Source: the human T2T-CHM13v2.0 reference genome, Homo sapiens
NCBI RefSeq assembly: GCF_009914755.1
Contig: NC_060927.1
Length of the DNA: 64,000 nt
Strand: one strand, 5' to 3'
Shown: piece after piece, positions 45,601-64,000 of the stretch
Layout: each line of letters opens with the position of its first letter
How positions within the stretch are numbered: position 1 is the stretch's first letter
The notes under the pieces: generated by a model
What the model saw: only the letters and a program-made list of their open reading frames with translations
Database searches by the model: none
What the model was told of the DNA's origin: nothing
Made by a program: the position numbers and the translations under genes

Positions 45601-45824
45601 ATGGGCAACGAGGTCAGCCTGGAGGGCGGCGCTGGCGACGGGCCGCTGCCGCCCGGCGGCGCCGGCCCCGGCCCGGGCCCCGGCCCCGGCCCCGGCGCAG
45701 GAAAGCCGCCTTCAGCACCGGCCGGTGGCGGACAGCTCCCCGCGGCGGGAGCAGCGCGGTCGACCGCGGTACCACCGGTCCCTGGCCCCGGCCCCGGCCC
45801 CGGTCCCGGCCCTGGCCCGGGCAG
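45601..45824 (+). CDS. BSN: Bassoon presynaptic cytomatrix protein, coding exon 1 (224 nt)
   Basis: gccATGG Kozak; MGNEVSLEGGAGDGPLPPGGAGPGPGPGPGPGAGKPPSAPAGGGQLP... is the Bassoon N-terminus with the MGxxxS myristoylation motif; donor CAG|gtaagc at 45825. Confidence 0.97.
45664..45822 (+). repeat. BSN: Two imperfect (GGCCCC)n tracts encoding (Gly-Pro)5 and (Gly-Pro)6
   Basis: 45664-45693 and 45784-45819; they read (GGGGCC)n on the minus strand. Confidence 0.9.
45711..45739 (+). promoter_or_regulatory. Non-canonical (wide-spaced) REST/RE1 element within BSN exon 1
   Basis: Left half TTCAGCACC (45711-45719), 10-nt spacer, right half GGACAGCTCC (45730-45739). Confidence 0.6.
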
Positions 45825-48494
45825 GTAAGCGCGTGTCTCGGCGCCCGGGGGGCGGTGAGCTGCAGCCTGAGGCCGGGACCCGGGCCCAGGATCCCGCGAT
45901 CTAGTGTGGACAGCGAGGTTCGACGTCCGGCCGCACTCTGAACCCTGCCGGATTGGCGTGAACTGGGTGGTCGCGGGAAGCGGCCCTTCCTTTCCAGCTG
46001 CCCCGCCTTGGCGTGGCAGGATGACGAGCGCAGGGTCAGTCGGGGCCTGCAGACCGTGACTCCGTCACGAACCCCAAATTCGCTTCTCCCCAACGCTCGG
46101 GCCTGACTGCTCAGGAGGGGCTTATGTAACCTTAACCTGGTCCCTCCGCACAGGAGAGCAATGGGATGGAAAACGTCCTCCCTGTCTGCTGGTGTCTGCA
46201 TGTGTCCATTGTGCTGGGCCGAGAAAACAGCACAATGGGAGTGGCTGTCAGGGAAGATAAGTGTCACTGCGAGGAACAGAGAGATGAAAATAGTTGAACC
46301 ATGAACTTGGTCTTGGGCTTTCCTTGGGCATTTAGTGGCTGTAATCACCTTTGGGGGAAAGGAAAATTGCCCACTGGACACCAAGAGGTGCTTATTTAGG
46401 CCCAACAATACTAATAGGATCATGTGCTTTCACCAAGGTTTAGGGAAACATTTTGGGGTGAAGCAAAAATGCTATTGAGTCATCCAGCACCAGATATGTT
46501 CTCGTTACCTTATGATTTAGATCAAACCAGTGGAAAAGCTGAAACCCACACAGAATGCTTTAAACAGAACATATCTGATTAAATACTGTGAAACCAGTTT
46601 GTTTTAAATGTATGCCAACCCAGGTCCTGCAAAAACAGTCAAGTGGCAATGAAGGCTGTAAGGGAATGCCAATATATAATAAGTCAGTAGACTGAAAACT
46701 CAGGAAAACTACTAAGAGATGACACGATAAAATGGAAGGCATTATCTTTGCACCAAATAGGCTTGGGGAGTAGCAAAACCCCCAGGGGGTGGGAGGGAGG
46801 TGCTTCCAGCTCCATGTGGGTCTGCTGATATATGTTGCCCTGGCTTTTCTGTGTGGAAGCACATAAACTGAGGACGCATAATTTTTTATTCTTTGGCTGC
46901 CCGACTGTGCCTCTTGTGTGTTTATTTCCTCAGAAGTCATTTCTTAGACAACTAACAGTAATGAAAGGCTGTTAGTAGCTTGAAACCTGCGGCAGACAGG
47001 TCAGCCTGTGAGCATCCTTTTTAGAGGTGGGATTTGTCCATTTTATACTAGCTATAATAGTAATGCAGTTGGATAGCACACAGCTCTTAGCACTGCAAAC
47101 ACTGTCCATTTTGCTGCATGTTGAGTTGCTGTTTGGGTTTTAGCTTGAGGGAGGCTCACCCAGGCTTTAGTGTTCTCCTTCCAAGGGAAAGCTTCTGTAG
47201 CTGAATGGAAAAACACCTTGTTATTGAGAGTTCCCTGTATGGGGAATTTGTCATTTCTCTTCTGATAACCAAACAGGCTGCTCTGCTTGTAGTTTATCAG
47301 ATGTTGCAGAGCCAATCATATGAAATTCTGGAAAGACCTGGGCAGCTCAGAGGGACCGGAAGGAGGCTGATGTCTATTGCTCATATGCCTTTTTAGTGTT
47401 TCATTTGTACTTCATCTGTACATTCTGCTGCAGGCAGACCCATGAACTGCTGTGGGTGAGGCGAACCACGGACTCCTGATGGATTTAGTAGTCACACAAT
47501 CTCTTACCTGGCTGTGGGCAAGGCTCATACCTGAGCCTGTGGTGCTGAGGTCCTGTGACTATCAGACTCAGGAGGTGAGCTGGCTATTTGTCCCCAAAGC
47601 TCAGAACCAGAGACCATTAGGAGGTGGGATTTACTCCTCCAGCTGATATTCATTTTATCATAGCACCTCAGCTGAGCAGCAGCTCCATGGCTTATCTCTC
47701 CTTTAGTATTGCAATGGCTTCTACTTCCTCTCACTAGAGCATCTCAGATACCTGATGCCAAATTTAGCATGTTCTAAGATGCTGCTGAACAGATTGGCCC
47801 ATTGATGGGGAAAAAGCCCTGTGAATGTGCTTCTGGGCATTCAGGAAAGAGCATTAGCACAAAGACATATTTGCTTTCAGTAAGATTTTGAATTTCGGGG
47901 CAGTCAGAAACCTCATAGAGGTGGGTAGAAGGCCAGGTAAAAGGGAGATGATTCTGGGGGAGTTAAATGCTATTGCCATATTACCTTGTCATCCCAGGCT
48001 GAATTAGTCTTTTCATCCTCATACTGAGCTGAGTTGGACTCTGTGAGGGGGTGGCTCCAGCATTTGCTGCTGAAGAGCCTGACTTGAATCCCATGAGTAG
48101 CAGTGCTGCCACACCCATAGTGGTGCCTCTTAGCCCGTCGGGATGATGTGGAGCTTTGGGCATTGGAGAGTCCCTCAAGGAAGGGCTCTCTGCTTCTGGT
48201 GTCAGGGTGGCCATGTACAATTATATAATCTGTGCCTTTTCCAAGGAGTGCTGGTTTGGGAGAAAGCTGAACTCTAACCCAGGCTCCACTCTCCAAGCTG
48301 TGTGCCCTGGTGTAGGCTGCATCCTCTTAGATGAAGGGGCATCATTCACTCGTTAATTCATTTACTTATTTATGGAGATATGCCTAATGTACAGTGGAAC
48401 ACACATATTGATGGGATTTTATTTATACATACACTCGTGACACACTACCAGATCAAGACAGAACTTTATCAGTACCCCAGAAAGTACTTTTTAA

Positions 48495-57835
<9,341 letters not shown>

Positions 57836-58344
57836 TTAATCCATTATAAAGTCCTTATCAGTTTTTTTTTTTGCCTGATGAATTTAGCATTCACTAATGA
57901 TCCTTAGCTAGATCCATTATTTCATAACAGGTTGCAAAATTAGCTGAAATTCTTCTATAAAAATTATCTGTCAACCTTTTTTTTAATGCACCAAACATTT
58001 ATTAAACATTGCAGTCAATAGCAGGAACACAAGAAGGAAAAAGACACAGTCCTACCCTGAAGATGCCCTCCAAACTGGGTTGAATCTCCATGCTTGATGC
58101 TCCTTTCAATGGATTGTTTTTAAATAATAATGTAGATATTTTTATTAATGATAATACTCATGAATGTAGTTTAAGACTTCCTTCTGGTTCCCTTTGCCCT
58201 TAGGTTATCCCTTTTCAGGGATATATAGTTCTCTGTTTTAGAGTTATTAGAAATGATTCTACTCTGTGGTTATCTGATTAAGAGGATATAAAATTAAGCT
58301 CTTTTTTCCCAGTTTGCCTTTAATTTGTAAGGATTACTTTTTGA

Positions 58345-59221
58345 TCAGTTTTCTGTTGTTACCGTCATTCTGCACAATAAACCAGCCCAAACTCAGTAGC
58401 TTCAAATAGCAATTTTTTATTCTCACTCATGCATCTGCATGCTGGCTAGAATTCACTGATCTAGACCAGGCTCCAGGCTGCAGTTGGGTCCAGGTCAGAT
58501 CAGTGTGTCTCTCATCTTCCCTGGACAGCAGTCTAGCTGGGGCATGTTCTTCTTACGGAGATGAGAGACACACAAGAGGGTGTGCCTAACCTCACAGCAC
58601 ATTTCAAGCCTCTGACCTGATGACACATCTGCTAACATTCCTGTAGTCAAGCAATTCATGGTTAAGCCCAAGTCAAGGAGTTGTATTGCAGTTACTATGG
58701 CTGTGTAACATGTTAACCCAAAACTTAGTAGTGGAAAACAGCCACTATTCTGGTCACAGATTCTGCAGGTCAGGAATTTGGGCAGAGCACAGTAGAATGG
58801 AGTGTGTTTCTACTTCACAATGTCTGGAGTTTCAGCTGGAAGACTTGAAGGCCAGAGATTAGAATCTTCTGAAGGCTCATCAATTATATGTTTGAGAGTC
58901 GATGCTGGCTGTTAGCTGGGAGCCCCAGGGCTTCTCCATATGATTTCTCCATGTGGGCTCATTTGGGCTGCCTCATAGCATGGTTGCTGAGTTCCAAGGG
59001 TGGGGAGAGGGCAAGGTAGGGGTTGGGAGACAGGTGGAAGACCGTACTGACTTTTATGATTTAGTCTTAAGAGACATGCAGTGTCACTTCTGCCACATTC
59101 TGTTTACTAACACAGTCACAAGATCCTGCCTAGGTTTAAAAGGAGGGGACGTGGACTCTGTCAGTACATGTGGGACTGGAAATCTTGCTGAGACCATTTT
59201 TGGAAAATACAGTCTGCCACA
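58345..59221 (-). mobile_element. Two adjacent ERVL-MaLR LTRs (MLT1-like; second at 58682-59221 MLT1F/G-like)
   Basis: ggctgtgtaaca...cccaaaacttagt ... ccatttttggaaaatacagtctgccaca terminus. Confidence 0.7.
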
Positions 59222-59869
59222 GCTGGAAAAAATATATTCTGCCTCTAGTTGGAGGAACTGCAAAGACACATGGCAGAGAACAGAAATCGATGGAAAGTAA
59301 AGAATTGAAAACAACAATGGCATATACCGTACTTTTTTAAAATTTAATTTTTAAAAATTATATAAAGCTTTCCTATGATTCCAAATAAAACAAGATATAT
59401 TGAGAGAAGTCTAATTCCATCTTGTTCCCTCTACTTTATTCTCTTTGCCTTTCTGATAAGAAACAGTTTTTATCAGATTTTTCCCACTGTTTCTTTTTGC
59501 AAATTTAAGGGAAAAATATATTTGTTTACCTTTCTTTTTTATGTAAAAGGTAGCAGACTCTAAGTACTCTTCTGTACTTTGCTTTTTTCCATGTAATCAA
59601 TCTTGAAGATCACCCTGTAGCAGAATATAGAAATCCTCCTGATTCCTTTTTGCATCTGCACTGTGCCTCACCATGTGGATATGCCATGGTTTATCTATGG
59701 ACATTGGGCTGTGTCCAGTCTTTTGCTCTTACAAAAAGAAGCACAGTGAGGAATCTGGAAAATGTGGCATTTTGTAATTTTACCAGTGTGTCTGTGCGAT
59801 AGTTTCCTAGAAGTAGGATTGCTGAAGCAAAATGGTAAATGTATAAGTTGTTTTTCTCTGTGTTGCTAA

Positions 59870-60220
59870 GACTGAGAGCCAAAGGCAGAAGCAATAGTAT
59901 TCAGGCATGAGAGGATGATCATGGTGGGGTGCGGGGTTTTGCAGGACAGGGAGGTGGGAAGGGGCTGAGTAGTAAGAGTGATGAAAAGTGCTCAACTTCT
60001 GAATATATTCTGGAAATTGAGCCAGAAGGATTGCTGAATGGTTGGCTGTGAAGAGTTGAAGAGAGGAGTCAGGAGGAGCTCTGAGTTTTGGCCTGGGCAT
60101 CTGGTGTACACAGGGAGGAGGAGGAATGGGCCTAGACCAGGAGTTTGTTCTTGGACAAGTTGTTTTTTAGAGGCACCCAAGTGAGATGTTAGGTAGGCAG
60201 CTGGGTATTCAAGTCTGGGT
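59870..60220. mobile_element. L2 (LINE2) fragment
   Basis: attctggaaattgagccagaaggattgctga...gagaggagtcagga...gttttggcctgggcatctgg. Confidence 0.6.
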
Positions 60221-63200
60221 TGGAAAAATAAAGTAGCACTTCACCTGCAAGTGCTTTAATATTAATGCCACCTGGTTCCTACAAGTACCCTGAAAAAGAG
60301 ATAAGGGAGAGGAGGAAATTGAGGCAATACTAGGGTTCCAAGAGAGTGAATCAAGTGCATTCAATTAAACAAATATTTACCTTATCAAATGAAACATTGG
60401 AAATGAAAGCACTCAGCATGAGGCCTGCCATTAAGTGCCTACTAGTTGATGTCAGGTTCCATGCCCAGGGCTGAGGATAGAAAGATGAACAGGTAGATTA
60501 TGCCCTTATTTATTACCCTAGATCATGTTTGAGTTAAACTTGATTGAGGGTATAGTTCCTGACCTCTGGGAGCTCTGACTCAGTGGGGGACGCTTGGAGG
60601 GCTCAGGGGCCTACTGTCGTCCATCCTCATCTTCACAGACAGCTGCTAAAACAGATTATAGAATTTAAGGCTCAGACTGGGCAGTTCACTTGAAAGGCCT
60701 GGCTCATTCTATTGGCTCTAGAATCTGCAGCTAGTCAGAGATGAAGCTCAGGCCACCAGAGCCACAGAGAAAAGTCTCTCACTATAGGAAAAGTGTCACT
60801 TTGACTCTTTAGCCCTCACTCCTGTTCAGTAAACTTCATGAAGCCAGGTGGAGGGTGTTGGCCTTCAGCTGGAGTGACAGTCGTGTGGGACAGGCGCCCC
60901 TTGACAGATTTTGAGTATTGGGAAGAGGGCAGGAGGGAGGGAGTTCCAGGTCTGGGGCTGCTGCTCTGGGGTTGTGATTTGCTGTTGGGCAGCTGAGCAG
61001 AGATATCATAATTTGACTTTGGGATGTATATTTCTCTGGACTTAGGGATCAGGATGCAGGCTGTAGCACACGAAGCTGGCTCGGAAGCCAACAGACTGGA
61101 ATAGGACTTTCCCAATGGCCAAGCACTCATCTCTGCTCCCCTCCTGTGCTGAAAGCACTTTTTGCAAATGATGGTACTTAGCACTGATTGCCTGGCAGCC
61201 TAAGATACACCACCCATAGAGCAGAGTCAGAAGGGGGTTTCCTGCCAGGGCACTTTTGGGGAGCTATGATGCAGGCTAAGCCAGTGGAAGAAAGGGAGGA
61301 AGGGAGCAGACAGAACAGGGAGGCTTGATCTGGTGCTCCCAACAGACCCGGTTTGCCACTTTGCCTGCCTCCACTCCGCCCCTTCCTCCCCAGCTTTATT
61401 AGGGTGAGTGTTGGAGCCCACCCAAGGGTCCATGCTGTCATTGGTACTTTGCACCTACATGGCCATTCTGTTGTTTACTTTGGTTTGAGCCGTGGAAACA
61501 GAGACTGAAGAGCAGCAGGCACCAGCCTCTGTGCTGTCCCTACTCAGGCCCCCAGTTGGGGGTGAGGAGCCCTGGGAAGACCATCCAAAGTTCCAGGGGC
61601 AGACGCCAGAGCTACACAATCACCTCCTTTTCTAGATAGTAAGAAACAAAGAAAAACCTCTACACCCCTGAGTGTTGAGTGAGGAAAGCAAACATGTTCT
61701 CCCTGTATTCAAATTAGCCAGAGAGCCTGGTGGGGACTCTTGGGGGCAACACCTTCCCTTCCAATGCCAAGGCAATACCTCCCCTTCCAGGCTCACTCCT
61801 CTGAGCCTGCCTGGTAGTGCAAATAACTTGTTTTCAGAGGCAAGAAGAAAGAGGAAACTAGAAGTTTTGCCTTTTTGGAAAGCATCCTGTGCTACCTGCA
61901 GTCCCACATGAACACTGACTCTGGGGCTCCCAGGCCTGTGAAATGGAGTGGAAGTGACCCCAGGAGTACCAGAGCTGAGCCTTCCAGCAAAGTTTGGCAG
62001 GGAATGTGGGCCTCAGTCACACTCCTTCAGCTTCCTTTTCCTTAGTCCCTACTAGTGGCTCAGGAAAAAACAAGAAGTTCAGATAGCGACAGGCATTGCT
62101 TTTGAAAAGATAGTAACAGTACTTAGTAGTAACTGAGGAATTTTAAAAATACACTGTGCTTTTTTTTTAATTCTGTGTAGCTCTGGCCAATAGAGAGTTA
62201 AGAGCACTGGTGGGATGGAAATACTAATTCCAGAGAGGTAGTGGGCATTTCCAAGCATCCCACAGCAAGTCAGGGGCAGGACAGGGAAGAGGAGCCTGGG
62301 TTTCCTAGCTCCAGCCTCTGCTTGGTGAATCTCCCTGGCTACTTTGGAATAAGAAAGCTTTCATGTGTCCAGTGAAGGGTCAGGGCATCCAGTGGGTAAG
62401 AATGGCATACTTCCTGCCCCTGTTGCAGGGCACAGGCCTCTGGGTAGAGTAGACTGGGGTTGGGGAGACGGGGGTGGGCAGCTTCAAGTAGCTTTGGGGT
62501 ATAAGGCTCCAGGGCCAGAAGAGCCCAGGACTCATAGGATGGAGTTTGGTGGCAAAGCCTCTGCCACAGTGAGACTACTTGGAACAGCCCACTTTGGTAG
62601 TGCACTCACTCTGAGCCAGGCCCCAGAGGCCTCAGGGTATAGTAGGGAATGAGGACAGAGATTGTTCATCCCTTTCTTCCTCCAACTGCCATGGACATGG
62701 GGGATAACTCTGTAAACAAGCCGACATGTTCTAGATGCATATGGAGCACACAGCCATCAGGAGTAAGACCCACACCATGTAAGTGATTCTGGTAACGTGT
62801 ACTGATTATTATTCGATGGCATGCAGTGGGGGTGGGTTTAGGCATAAGGGATAGAGGTAGCAACACCAACTCCCCATACCCCAATAAATTAGCTTTTCCA
62901 GAGACCCTGCTTTATCCTCAGAGAAGGCTTTGCTCCCCAGAGCACATATCATTTTGAGAATATTGTTTCTTTGTCCATTCATTCAACAAGCATTTAGCCC
63001 CTGCTGTGTATCAGAGTCTGCGCAGGCTCTGAGTTCACAGGGGAAACACAACAGTCAGCAGGTTGGATCCCACAGACTGTATGAGCACAACACAGTCTGA
63101 ATATAGCATTGAATACTGAAACAGTGTTGACCATTGGACTTGTAGGAGCTCTTTTCTTGGGAAAACTTTAGTTTATAACATGATGGAGATTGAATTAATC

Positions 63201-63474
63201 TGACATAAAAACTTTTTGGGACAAAAATAAATGATTTTGTTTATTGTCCATAAGAGATCTTAAAAAGTCTTTTGTTTGGGAATGGAACCTCTACTCAAAC
63301 CCAGGTTTGGGCTCCCTAGGGCCTTGAAGTCAGTGGGAGCAGCTGAGTAGGGAGTGGTTGATGGATCAAGGAACACATTTAGGGGAAAATATCACAATCC
63401 AACTTGGACAGCCTCAGGTCGAAAGTGGGTGATATTATAAGATCAGAGTGGTATCCTTTGGAACTCAAGGATAG

Positions 63475-63829
<355 letters not shown>

Positions 63830-64000
63830 ACCTTGCATTTTCATGGGCTCCTCAGATCCCTCAGCTGTGTGTGCAGAAGAAAGGAGGAAGGCCGGTGAAT
63901 AGGCAGCCTCTGCCAAGTACCTCTTTTGGGGATGACTCTCAGGTACTCCGAGACTGGGGGAGGCCAAGTCTCAGAGTACCTGAGGGACCCAGGCTCATGG

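Overview
This is mammalian genomic DNA, recognisably the human DAG1-BSN locus (3p21.31). On the + strand it holds both coding exons of dystroglycan (DAG1: 1538-1822 and 21812-24214, 895 aa, joined across a ~20 kb Alu-rich intron) and its ~2.4 kb 3'UTR. Next come an intergenic CpG-rich element with CTCF, GC-box and CCAAT motifs (~30.7-31.45 kb) and a decayed HERV-H/F-supergroup provirus (32.2-38.6 kb). The provirus retains gag, pro, a heavily deleted pol, env, the PPT and the 3' LTR; it has no 5' LTR and is interrupted by six Alus. The window ends with the bidirectional CpG-island promoter of Bassoon (BSN), its divergent lncRNA, BSN coding exon 1 (45601-45824) and the start of BSN intron 1. Most ORFs in the supplied track are Alu-derived or shadow ORFs. 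I see no new protein-coding gene or new multi-gene system. The best leads are regulatory or evolutionary: (1) a provirus that lost its 5' end at a TSD-less Alu and now sits just downstream of an orphan CpG promoter-like element, (2) a split REST/RE1 site inside BSN coding sequence, (3) native C9orf72-type GGCCCC repeats in BSN exon 1, (4) in-frame uORFs starting 99 nt upstream of both the DAG1 and BSN start codons, (5) a consensus RFX X-box in the DAG1 3'UTR, and (6) a perfect 37-bp triplication. Repeat boundaries and subfamily names were read by eye and are approximate.
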